Source: a virus. Taken from it: a stretch of DNA of 64,000 nucleotides. The stretch spans positions 31,468 to 95,467 of IMG/VR virus record IMGVR_UViG_3300042516_001671. One strand, written 5' to 3'. A model generated the notes under the pieces. It was not told the DNA's origin, ran no database searches, and saw only the letters and a list, made by a program, of their open reading frames with translations. Every line of letters starts with the position of its first letter. Position 1 is the first letter of the stretch. Of this stretch, positions 9,001 through 17,210 are shown piece after piece. The position numbers were made by a program, and so were the translations under genes.

Positions 9001-12000
9001 TGCCAGCACCAAGGGCGCCTTCTTTAGATACCCGGGCCGTAGTGCCGTAGTCAGTATCAACACCACGGTAAACAACCAAAGGCCTTCCATCATCATCAAC
9101 AACGGCACTATCCTTGAACCACCTCCAGAAGTTCTTGGTTCCTTCTTCAGTGGGGTAGATAGGCTTGTTGGTGCTGCTGGTGGTGGGACGTTCAGTACCG
9201 TCTACGTTGACAGTGTCACGCAGGCTGGGCTTGGCAATCGGGATGATCTTCTTGCCGGCCTTGATCTTCTCTTGGTCTCGGATGACAACGGTGTCTCCGT
9301 CCCTCTCCCGGTCGTAATCGACAAAGAACCCATCGTGCCGTAGTGCGGCGTCTTCTGGCCTGCCCGTCCTGTCCTTGTTGGTCAGGCCGATGATCATGCC
9401 CTTGTTGAAGAGGTTGCCCTTCTGGCCGGGCCGAGGATCCAGGAACCGGGCGTCGTAGTTGTCGCCGTTCCAGACCTGGAACTTGTCCCCGGTCTTCTCG
9501 TCCAGCACAAAGTCGGGCATGTCCCGCTTGCTTGTAAACGCCATCGCCACGTTGAACCCATTGTTCAAACGCTTGATCATGGCGTCCCAGTTGGATCCGA
9601 CACCAACCGTCTTTCCTTCAACAACCTGAGCCGCGCCGTCAGAGCTATAGGTCAGGTGGTGGTTGTCAGCAATCGGGCCCGGCGTTGCCAGCTTGGTGTA
9701 GTCATAGAACCGGACGCCAGGGAACCCCTCAATGAACGGCTTGAGCATCTTCGGCGGGAAGTCGCTCGTCACGTTCAGACGTATAGCAGGTGTGTAAACC
9801 TGCTTCTTAACGCGACTTTTTTCTCCGTTCTCTTCCGTGATGACCTCAAAGCCCTTGTCGCTCTTGGCCCAGGATTCAAACTTCTTGATCTCGTCGTAGA
9901 GGACGATGCCGAACTCTTCCGGGTGCATCACCAGAGCTTCGGTCTTGAGATACTGAGACAGCCTGGGGCCGGCGCGGAACGGACCATCACCGCCGTAAAG
10001 CTGGTTCTGACCGCTGGTCTCACCCAGGCACAGACCCTCACACCGGGCCGACTGCGGGCAGGTAGACAGGTTGCGCTCGTTGATCTTCTGGGCGCTGGCA
10101 AGCCCAAGCCCCAGAGACGCCACGCTGTTCTGGATGTCTTCCGGAAGCTGGTACTCGTTCAAGCGGGTCTTCTGCAGCTTCCCGTTTTCACCAAGGAGGG
10201 TGCCGACGTTGTGCTCGTCCTTGAGCACCTGCCGGGCCTGGGCGAGCTTGGCACGCTGATCTGCCGGCGAGAGTTGCTTGTACGCAGAGATGGCAGACTC
10301 AAGGCCCTTGCCGATGTCACCAATCGTCGTGGTCTTGGCGATAGCCTCGCTGCGCGGCTTGTAGAGCGTGAACAGCTTGGTCATCTTCATCTTCTCGGCG
10401 AAGGCATTGCCCTCTGCCAGTTGGATGAAGAAGTCCTTCCGGCCATCCGAATGCTCCATGTCGAACTGGAGCATCTCCGGCGGCACCTGAACCATCACGT
10501 TGGCTTCAATCGGACCCTGATCGATGTTGCCAGCCCTGGTCCGGACAGCAGCAGGATTGGACTCGTTGGTCAGGTAGATCCGGTTGGACGTTGGGCTGGT
10601 CGCCTTGAGTCTCTTGGTCTTGGCGACTTCCCGGGCGGACAGATTGCTGGTCGGGAAGTACAGGGTGACCGTGCCATTCGCGTTGAGCGGCACGTTCAGA
10701 ACAGGATGGTTCTCCTTGCCCTTGGCAAGCTCTTTCTCCCCATACGGGGCTTTGATGGAGAGCTTGGGCGTTTCAACAGGCGCCTCGATCTGCCCCGCCG
10801 AGGTGTAGGGAAGAATGCCGTTCTGCTCTTCGTACTTCTCGGCGTCCTTCTCTTCCTGTGCAGTGTCTTTCCAAGAATCGGGCTCGATGGGGCCGGCACG
10901 AAGCTCGCCCCGCTCGGCCTTCTTGAATATCCGCTCTGCATCAAGCGCGGCACCAAATGCCTCCTTGATAGCCTGGAAGAAGTTCTGGATCTTCTTCAGC
11001 AGAGCCTGGAGCATCCCAGCAGGAGCCTTGGTGGCGCTGAAATCGGCAAAGGCATCAGCGATAGCCTCCTCCAGCATCGCCTCTTCGTCGCCGCCGTAGA
11101 ACTTCATGTAGGCGTCGTACCGGGACATCTGCCCTTCTTGCAGAGGCTGTCTGTTTACATTCTTCTTCTTCAGGTACTGATCGACCCACTTCTCCTTGGC
11201 CTGCCTCTCCAAAGACTTCCACTGCGCCGGGGAGAAGAAGCCAAGCTCCTTCATGGCATGGATTGCTTCATGCCTCAGAGCAACGACAGGATCTGTCGCA
11301 TCAAGTGCCAGACTGAGAACCTTGGAGGCGTACTCCCCCTCGGCCTTCATGTCGGCAACCAACCGGAGACCCACATCCTTCAGGCCATACCGGGTCAGGA
11401 TCCTCTGAAGAGCCTTGCCAAGTGCATCAATCTTGGCCTCAACATCCTTGGGAAGTTCCTTGGGCTCAGCTTCCCGGACAGAGGGCTTCTCTTCCGGCTT
11501 CTCTGCAGGCTCCATCTCCTTGCGGATCTCTTGCACAAGCTCAGGAGAGCTTGACCAGTTATCCCAGGACGCTTTCTGCTGACGGAGTTCCTTCTCCCGC
11601 TTCTTGAGTGCCTCGGGATCCTTGATGTCGATCCCTTCCTTCTTGGCGATCTCCGGGCGCCTGCTGGCGCCAGAGATGGCAGCAAGCCTCTGCGCAATCT
11701 GGTTCTGCTTGAGAGTGGCGATCTTCGCCATCTCCTCAGCTTCCTTCATGGCGGAGTCATCAAACCCAAAGAGGTCACCACCCTCTAGCGCAGGACGGCC
11801 CTTGGAGATCTCCTGTACCGCCTTGATGATGTTTACAGCAGCAAGAGGGCTCTTCCCCTCCTGGATGGCCTTTATGCCGACTGCTTGGAGTCGGGAGTCT
11901 CCGGGGGCGGCGTTGGCGATTGCGGCTGCGCCTGCGTCAGGGATGACATCGGCACGATGCGCCGCAACAAGCTCGGGACTTCCTTTGGTTGCGATGGCGA

Positions 12001-13963
12001 AGCCTTGCTTTCCCGGAGCCCGCGCCAGAAGACCTCTTGCGTCGGCATCTGCTTCTGGGATTCCTGCATTTTCAAAGTAGGCGACATAGTCCTTGACCTT
12101 CCCCTGTTGGTCCCGAATGTTCAACTCGGCATCCAGCATCGCTGCCTGTTTGGCATCGAAACCAGTAGCCTCTTCATGGATCTGGGCAGGGATGGTTTGT
12201 TCTCCACTGCGCTGGGCAAGATCCAACCTATGCCGCCCGGAGATCACCTCCATGCGGCCATCGTTTCGCTTCCAGACCTGGATGGGCGCGACACCGCGCC
12301 GGTCAAACGTGCCGCCCAGGGCCTCAACAACACCCTTGGCATCAGCATCCGACTTGAACTGAGGAACGTCTTTCGACAGCATCAACTCAGCAAGGGGCAA
12401 CTCAATGACGGGATAGCCAGCGACCGCGTGCTGCTCTGACGCTTGCTCGGCCTTCGCCTCATCCGCCGCGGCTTGCTCTTCTTCTTTGGTCTCAGCCTGG
12501 GCCGGCTTGGTCTCGGTGGGCTTGGCCTGCTCAGGGATCTCGGTGGCTGGCTTCTCTGCCGTTTCAACGGGAGTGAGCGGCAGCGTTGTCGGCGCAGCGC
12601 CTTCTGCAGGCTGTGTAGCCGTTTGTGTAACGAGATCGGGCGGGACAGTCTTCTCTCGGGGAACCCGCTGCGCCAGGATGGATTGAAGCGTGGATGCCCG
12701 CTGCTCCGGCGGCAGGTTCATGGCATACGCCCTCACCTGATCCAGAGTGCCGACTGATCCATCGGGAAGGCGGAAGACATCCTCTCCCTCCGGGGCCGTT
12801 GAAACAACAGGCTCAGTGGGGGCGGCGGGCGGCGTCACCGGGGCAAGAGGCTGTTCTGCACGCCGAGCGGCGTCGATCTCCCGGCTCATCCTACGGGCGA
12901 AAGCAGAGTCGGACTCACCCTCTTGTTGACCCGGCAAACGCTCCACACCAGTGCGAGGAACAGCAAGTCCACCACCCAGGATGGCCCCGGCAGCACCTTC
13001 CATTGCGCCAGCACCAAAGACATTCCTGAACAGAGGAACATCAAAGCCTTCACTCCTCAAGGCTATGTTCTGGGCAAGTTGAGACTGTCCAGCTTGTGCG
13101 AACTCAGGAGCGCCTTCTTGAAGAGCGCCAAGACCGACGCGGGACAGCAGGCCCCTCTCGGCATCTCGAAGAGCTTGCTGCTCTGCAACATCCTTGACAG
13201 CACCTCTGCTCAGCATGGACGTCAGAGGACGTTCAATGCCCATACCGCCAGCAATTGCCCCCAACCCACCGGCAGCAACCATGGACGGAAGATTGGAACT
13301 TGCATAGGACTGAGCCTCTAGAGCCTTGGCCCGAGCGATCTCATCGGAGGCGCCCTTCTCCTTGTAAGCCTGCTCGACAGCCTCGTAGATGGAGCCCTTG
13401 ACCTCACCAACCCCCATGGCCGCGCCGACAGCAGGCATGGCAACAGCACCGGCACGGGCCACACCAAGAGCAGCCCCAACAGGGCCAGAAGCAAGACCAG
13501 CAATGATTACCGGCGCGGTAGACCCAAGAGCCTGGGCCAGCGTATCTACAGGGGCGGTGGCTAGAGCCCGAAGACCAGCACCAACCTGAGCAAGGACACC
13601 CTTGTCTTCTGCCTCCTTGAGGATCTCTGCAACCCTTCTCTGGTCATTCTTTGCCTGAGAAGACAGAAGATCTGCCAGCCAAGTATCGGCAGACTTGAGT
13701 GCCTCTGATGCCGAAGATCCCGCCCCGAAGAGGTCGGCCAGCATCCTGATGCCACCAACACCGCCCCGGACAACCTGAAGGGGAACATCGAGGATCTGCC
13801 GAAGAACGCCGCTCTGTTCTGGCTGAGGGGCCGGAGGAGCAGTGATGGCCTGTCGTCCAACTTGAGATTGGACATATTGAATGATCTGGTCTTGTGTTGC
13901 TCCCTCCGGGGCAGTAACACGATACCGATTGCCATCAGGAGCAGTGACTTCGTAAGTCGGCAT
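6068..13963 (-). CDS. Large polyvalent (probably injected) protein: ParB-like, HExxH peptidase-like, GP88-like, ART-like and LPD38-like domains
   Basis: 2631 aa; VISGRHRL, RHEAIH...EEAIADAF, CPQSARCEGLC/RLNVTSD/FYDYTK, VVDDDGRPLVVYRG...GIYT...GYDG...EIVAFNPTQIKSAIGN, KIPIPFEIGVLFKVIPER. Confidence 0.88.
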   Translation of the reverse strand: MPTYEVTAPDGNRYRVTAPEGATQDQIIQYVQSQVGRQAITAPPAPQPEQSGVLRQILDVPLQVVRGGVGGIRMLADLFGAGSSASEALKSADTWLADLLSSQAKNDQRRVAEILKEAEDKGVLAQVGAGLRALATAPVDTLAQALGSTAPVIIAGLASGPVGAALGVARAGAVAMPAVGAAMGVGEVKGSIYEAVEQAYKEKGASDEIARAKALEAQSYASSNLPSMVAAGGLGAIAGGMGIERPLTSMLSRGAVKDVAEQQALRDAERGLLSRVGLGALQEGAPEFAQAGQSQLAQNIALRSEGFDVPLFRNVFGAGAMEGAAGAILGGGLAVPRTGVERLPGQQEGESDSAFARRMSREIDAARRAEQPLAPVTPPAAPTEPVVSTAPEGEDVFRLPDGSVGTLDQVRAYAMNLPPEQRASTLQSILAQRVPREKTVPPDLVTQTATQPAEGAAPTTLPLTPVETAEKPATEIPEQAKPTETKPAQAETKEEEQAAADEAKAEQASEQHAVAGYPVIELPLAELMLSKDVPQFKSDADAKGVVEALGGTFDRRGVAPIQVWKRNDGRMEVISGRHRLDLAQRSGEQTIPAQIHEEATGFDAKQAAMLDAELNIRDQQGKVKDYVAYFENAGIPEADADARGLLARAPGKQGFAIATKGSPELVAAHRADVIPDAGAAAIANAAPGDSRLQAVGIKAIQEGKSPLAAVNIIKAVQEISKGRPALEGGDLFGFDDSAMKEAEEMAKIATLKQNQIAQRLAAISGASRRPEIAKKEGIDIKDPEALKKREKELRQQKASWDNWSSSPELVQEIRKEMEPAEKPEEKPSVREAEPKELPKDVEAKIDALGKALQRILTRYGLKDVGLRLVADMKAEGEYASKVLSLALDATDPVVALRHEAIHAMKELGFFSPAQWKSLERQAKEKWVDQYLKKKNVNRQPLQEGQMSRYDAYMKFYGGDEEAMLEEAIADAFADFSATKAPAGMLQALLKKIQNFFQAIKEAFGAALDAERIFKKAERGELRAGPIEPDSWKDTAQEEKDAEKYEEQNGILPYTSAGQIEAPVETPKLSIKAPYGEKELAKGKENHPVLNVPLNANGTVTLYFPTSNLSAREVAKTKRLKATSPTSNRIYLTNESNPAAVRTRAGNIDQGPIEANVMVQVPPEMLQFDMEHSDGRKDFFIQLAEGNAFAEKMKMTKLFTLYKPRSEAIAKTTTIGDIGKGLESAISAYKQLSPADQRAKLAQARQVLKDEHNVGTLLGENGKLQKTRLNEYQLPEDIQNSVASLGLGLASAQKINERNLSTCPQSARCEGLCLGETSGQNQLYGGDGPFRAGPRLSQYLKTEALVMHPEEFGIVLYDEIKKFESWAKSDKGFEVITEENGEKSRVKKQVYTPAIRLNVTSDFPPKMLKPFIEGFPGVRFYDYTKLATPGPIADNHHLTYSSDGAAQVVEGKTVGVGSNWDAMIKRLNNGFNVAMAFTSKRDMPDFVLDEKTGDKFQVWNGDNYDARFLDPRPGQKGNLFNKGMIIGLTNKDRTGRPEDAALRHDGFFVDYDRERDGDTVVIRDQEKIKAGKKIIPIAKPSLRDTVNVDGTERPTTSSTNKPIYPTEEGTKNFWRWFKDSAVVDDDGRPLVVYRGVDTDYGTTARVSKEGALGAGIYTTPSASFASYYAEGESPNVMPLYVSLQKPLLLKHKGNEDPMIMALVQLGMKQDKAEAMVEKAYEEKGYIGKQVMNRALSQGYDGLMQYRDGKLTEIVAFNPTQIKSAIGNVGKFDPVDPSIKASLRDTTDPVTRARVDQITTPREEKSFIKRITEAIAPKSASSFRAAFLDRYNRLSEYDKELVRLMGGAPLLADASSHGAALMSDLSAGVLAGAMGVHDGVGGIPVYVNGHTKIVNNNNTVKGPIAIFAPLAKYNDPFIYQKYQTWAAINRGIRLYGQGRETGIITPADRATAAQILKDHPEFKDIHDEWIKFNNGLVKYLKDTGVLSEEAAKEFVKYSDYIPFYRQVEGEETVGPQIFASLSGVRAPKKLKESELKIGEFLETVVRNVQYSIEAGMKNVAAQRAVNTAVLIGQANRLNYASSAPNVIKVLENGLTSYYATKDPLFVEAMKSLNLGDLPFIGLLAGPANLLRNLVTKDPAFMLANMMRDSMSAWVSSGVKMTPMVDTLTNFTKALRGQNPEYAALLNSGVIGGYDYSQGVEISAQRFDRALRKEAGVYTPAEQLARPFVSLWDALEKGTTASDAATRMEVYKKTLAETGNEAEALFRAVEVMNFNRKGNNPMVRVLTAAVPFLNARMQGLDVLYRAAFGRGTEANAKEIQKSFFIRGMTIAALSTMYWMLASEDDEWKRQEQETRDNYWILGDVKIPIPFEIGVLFKVIPERILEYSFGDDTGKDFLKSMTRQLTSTLSFNPIPQTALPLIESVTNYSFFTGRPIVSQGLEDVNPAYQIAPGTSRIGELIGGATKDLPTALQLSPVKIDEMIRGYTGTIGGYMMDLFDAIYDMNTDAPKAAKRFEQMPVIRRFAVDPLARGQVTAYYELKNSVDEAVRTANLLERNMKPQEWGEFMQENMGLLATKDFVLDLEKSMKQYREMKNFVRASTMDAEGKKDIIANITELENNLASNIQEIKKMIDAQ
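6070..6088 (+). repeat. 19-bp direct repeat, right copy
   Basis: Identical to 4512..4530. Confidence 0.95.
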
Positions 13964-13965
13964 GG

Positions 13966-15612
13966 TTATTCCTGGCCGGGCGTTTTAACTTTTTCAATAC
14001 TCCATCCTGCGGTGTTTACAGAGGATGGCATGGGAACACCTGCCTCTTGGCTCATTCTGGAAATGGCAGCATCAAGATTGCGGATTTCCTGGCTGTTTTT
14101 GAAAGACGTTTCAAAATCTTGTTGCATTTTTTCCCAAGCATCAGTCTTTTCTTTTGGTGCGTTGGGTGCGGAAGCGGCCATTTGAGCCAGTTTGACTGGA
14201 GTGCTGTTTAACCAATCCGCCCTTGCTTTTTGATACGTTTTGTTCCGGTTGTCCAGTGCTACGGTCAACCTCTGCAGACCGATCATTTCTCGCCCTTGTG
14301 CCGCGGAATCTCTTGAGGCCCTTGCCGCCGATTCCCGAGCTTTAACATCTTGAAGCCTAGTATCGATCTCGGCTTGCGTCTGCCGCATTCTGACGTTGTT
14401 ATCGGCAATCTTCTGATCCGTCTCCCGCTTCAGATCTGCGTCACGGTTTTGGATGGCATACTTCCTCTGTTCTTCCAAAAACTCAGACTCTTGATACTGA
14501 GAATTGAGAAGACGAACCTTCTCGTTGAGAACAGAGATGCCCTCTTCTGCCTTCTCGGCCCTAGCTCTCCTGCCAGCAAGAATAGAGGATAGGCCCCCGG
14601 CCAGGGAGCCCATCGTCTTGCCGCGCTGAGGATTGATGCTTGCCGCAAGTGAAAGCAGGGCTTCAGGATCATCAATCAACGGACGCCGGGCAGCATCAAT
14701 CCTTCCTTGAAGTTGCCTGATTCCTTCTGAACGAATCTTCTCCGCGTCCTGTTGAGACCGTTGAAGCCTTCCCGCTGAGAGTTGTTCCATGCGCTGCCGC
14801 GCAGCCAACACCTCTGGAGAGATGGCCGCCCCCTCTTGGACGATTCGATTTCGTTCTTCTTCCGCTCTTTCAAGTCTTTGAGAGTAGGGCGAAAGACCTG
14901 TTGGAGCCTCTGCCGCAGGCGAAGTTGCGGCGGGCGGAGTAAAGATCGAGGTAAGCGGCGTCACGCCGGTCGCAGAGCGTGCGGCGGGCGGAGATGACGA
15001 AGCGGCGGTGCGGGCAGGTGTTTGAGCAGCAGACCGCCCTTGCGCCAACCATGGATGCTGCTGCAGCATCCGTTGCACTGCAGGCTCAGACCCGGATGCT
15101 TGAACAAATTCAAATTGCTGGCGAATCCTTTGGCGCCGAGCCTCTTCAACTCGCGCAGCATCTTCTTGGTCAGTGACACGTGAGCCGCCAAAGCTAGGAT
15201 CAAGCTGAGCAACGATGTCCCCGTCAAGATCGCCAACCTCCCCGCCAGGGGCATAAGACTTCATCTCCCCACCAGAAGCAGCCATGACAGCCATGACCTG
15301 ATCTGCCACTGGAGGCGTTTGTTGCGCCGCAGCATTCTGGGCTTGAGCTTGTTGGCCCATGGCTCCTTGTTGTAGAGCCTTGGCCTTCATCGCATCGGCA
15401 TAAGCAGAAGCAACAGCCCACTTGGGCCGCATGTCATTTGGGTCGTTGTAGATCCTGATCAGGTCTTCTGCTGGGATCTGTTTCAACGCCCTGGTGTATG
15501 CAACAGGGTTTCGCCCTTGTTGTGCAGGAAGGGCTGTAAACGCCCCTGCTTGGCCGGGCATGGCAGGTTTGTTTCCGCCTTGGATAAGGGATTGAAGACC
15601 TGCCATGATCAT
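13966..15612 (-). CDS. Putative internal virion/DNA-injection protein
   Basis: Gln/Ala-rich coiled coil; position upstream of the polyvalent gene. Confidence 0.7.
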   Translation of the reverse strand: MIMAGLQSLIQGGNKPAMPGQAGAFTALPAQQGRNPVAYTRALKQIPAEDLIRIYNDPNDMRPKWAVASAYADAMKAKALQQGAMGQQAQAQNAAAQQTPPVADQVMAVMAASGGEMKSYAPGGEVGDLDGDIVAQLDPSFGGSRVTDQEDAARVEEARRQRIRQQFEFVQASGSEPAVQRMLQQHPWLAQGRSAAQTPARTAASSSPPAARSATGVTPLTSIFTPPAATSPAAEAPTGLSPYSQRLERAEEERNRIVQEGAAISPEVLAARQRMEQLSAGRLQRSQQDAEKIRSEGIRQLQGRIDAARRPLIDDPEALLSLAASINPQRGKTMGSLAGGLSSILAGRRARAEKAEEGISVLNEKVRLLNSQYQESEFLEEQRKYAIQNRDADLKRETDQKIADNNVRMRQTQAEIDTRLQDVKARESAARASRDSAAQGREMIGLQRLTVALDNRNKTYQKARADWLNSTPVKLAQMAASAPNAPKEKTDAWEKMQQDFETSFKNSQEIRNLDAAISRMSQEAGVPMPSSVNTAGWSIEKVKTPGQE

Positions 15613-16460
15613 CCCGTCGTGGTGTTGGACTGGTTCCCGAACAGCATCTGATACAGAGCCAGCCCGCCGATGCCGCCTTGGGTCAGCGCCCCCAGCAAGG
15701 AGTCGCCTTCACTGTACTTCGGAGCTTCAAGCGGGAGGCCCTGCAAGAGGCTCTGCATGTACGTCGCCTGCTGGTAGGGATACTTCAGAGACTCCTGGAA
15801 CTGCTGGTAGCCAAAGTCCAACGGCTGTTGAGCGATGGCCCGCTCTTTCTCGCCCGCAGCCATTTGCTGCTGGAGTGCATCCAGCCCGAACTTGGCGCCG
15901 TACTGCTGCGCCTGCTCGCCGTACTGTTGGGATTTCAGCCCAAGCTCAGACTCGGCAAGACGTTGTTTCTGGGCCTGATCAAACGCAGCCTGCAATCCCT
16001 TGATGTTGATGTCCGAGATCTGTTGACCCAGGTTGCGCTGCCGCTCCGCCTCCATGATCGCCTGTCGGCTACCGCCGTAGGCGCCCGCTTGAGCAAGCCG
16101 CGCCTGCTCCGATTGGCGGCTGATGTCAGCCTGCCTGCGGGCTTCCCGTGCAGCGATGTCAGTGACATTACTCGTATACGGGTTCATGTAGTCTTGAACA
16201 GAACCCAGAGCGCCAAGACCCGTGTTGAACTGCGTTGGGTTGTACGTGCCCAGGTTCTGAAATCCTGTAAACGCGTTCTTTAGCGCATCAGGCGTTGCAG
16301 CAAACCGATCACCTGTAAACGGCTGGTAGGCTTGATTGGCCGCGCCCCATCCTTTGGACAACATGTCCTGAACATAGGGTCCGAAGCTGGCAGAGAGCGT
16401 GGACTGACCCGGGGTGATCGCCGGGCTGGTCGTGCCGGTAGTTGTGGTGACATCCATCAC
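15609..16460 (-). CDS. Putative DNA-injection (pilot) protein
   Basis: YMNPY...QAGAYGGSRQAIMEAE...YPYQQ motifs; hydrophobic Gly-rich C-terminus. Confidence 0.7.
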   Translation of the reverse strand: MMDVTTTTGTTSPAITPGQSTLSASFGPYVQDMLSKGWGAANQAYQPFTGDRFAATPDALKNAFTGFQNLGTYNPTQFNTGLGALGSVQDYMNPYTSNVTDIAAREARRQADISRQSEQARLAQAGAYGGSRQAIMEAERQRNLGQQISDINIKGLQAAFDQAQKQRLAESELGLKSQQYGEQAQQYGAKFGLDALQQQMAAGEKERAIAQQPLDFGYQQFQESLKYPYQQATYMQSLLQGLPLEAPKYSEGDSLLGALTQGGIGGLALYQMLFGNQSNTTTG

Positions 16461-17209
16461 GCTCTCCTTTGAAGCTGGTTCATCAGCGCGTAGAGTGCCT
16501 TGGCGCCGCCTGCTTGGTTGACTGCACGCTTGGGCACGTAGGCTTCTCCGTTGGACACCCTGGCCGGGGTGTTCCCATCGATTGTCGCAGGGATGTGGTC
16601 GCTTGTGCCAGTCCCCGGGCCCACAATCGGTCGAGCGCCGGGAAGCATTTGAGCAATACCCCTTGGGCCCCCAGCGCCGTCCACCGCCCGCTTGGTCATC
16701 ACGAAGCCGCCATCCTCCATGCGAAGAGGGTTCTTGTGGGTGCCTGTGACAGCACCGCCATGGGCATAGGCGTGCATAAGACCGCCTTGGGCAGCGTACT
16801 GAGCGATGGGCCCGTACTTCCCCTGCACCATGGTGCGGTTCGTCGGAGTGGGAGATGCCACCTGGGTATAACCGCCGCCCGAAGGACTGGCGCGGTTCAG
16901 TGCCCCAAGAAGCGCCATCAGACCCACTGTGCCGCCCATCCCGACGCCGGATCTCATCAGGCTGTTGAACGCCTGCATGGACGGGTTTGAGAGAAACGCC
17001 CTGAGAGGGTCAAGGGCGCTGGCTTGATATGACCCCGCTGCTGTGGGATTGTTGGCACCAGATACGCCGGGGCCTTCTTGCGCGGCGGTTTCTGACATAC
17101 CGCTGAGCCACGTATAGGCCGGAGGAATGTCGTACCCCAATGCGGCGTTTACATCCGCATCAGACACACCGGGCAAGTAATAATCTTCAGCGGTGTAATA
17201 ATCATCCAT
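16457..17209 (-). CDS. Virion-associated protein with GPGTGTSDxIPA motif
   Basis: GGAGG RBS before ATG 17209; GPGTGTSDHIPA...RVSNGEAYVP. Confidence 0.7.
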   Translation of the reverse strand: MDDYYTAEDYYLPGVSDADVNAALGYDIPPAYTWLSGMSETAAQEGPGVSGANNPTAAGSYQASALDPLRAFLSNPSMQAFNSLMRSGVGMGGTVGLMALLGALNRASPSGGGYTQVASPTPTNRTMVQGKYGPIAQYAAQGGLMHAYAHGGAVTGTHKNPLRMEDGGFVMTKRAVDGAGGPRGIAQMLPGARPIVGPGTGTSDHIPATIDGNTPARVSNGEAYVPKRAVNQAGGAKALYALMNQLQRRA

Positions 17210-17210
17210 A

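Noticed and set aside
8072-11554. Long + strand ORFs (8072..9343, 9656..11554), and similarly 35631..37610
   Set aside because: Antisense shadows of high-GC genes that carry clear motifs on the - strand.
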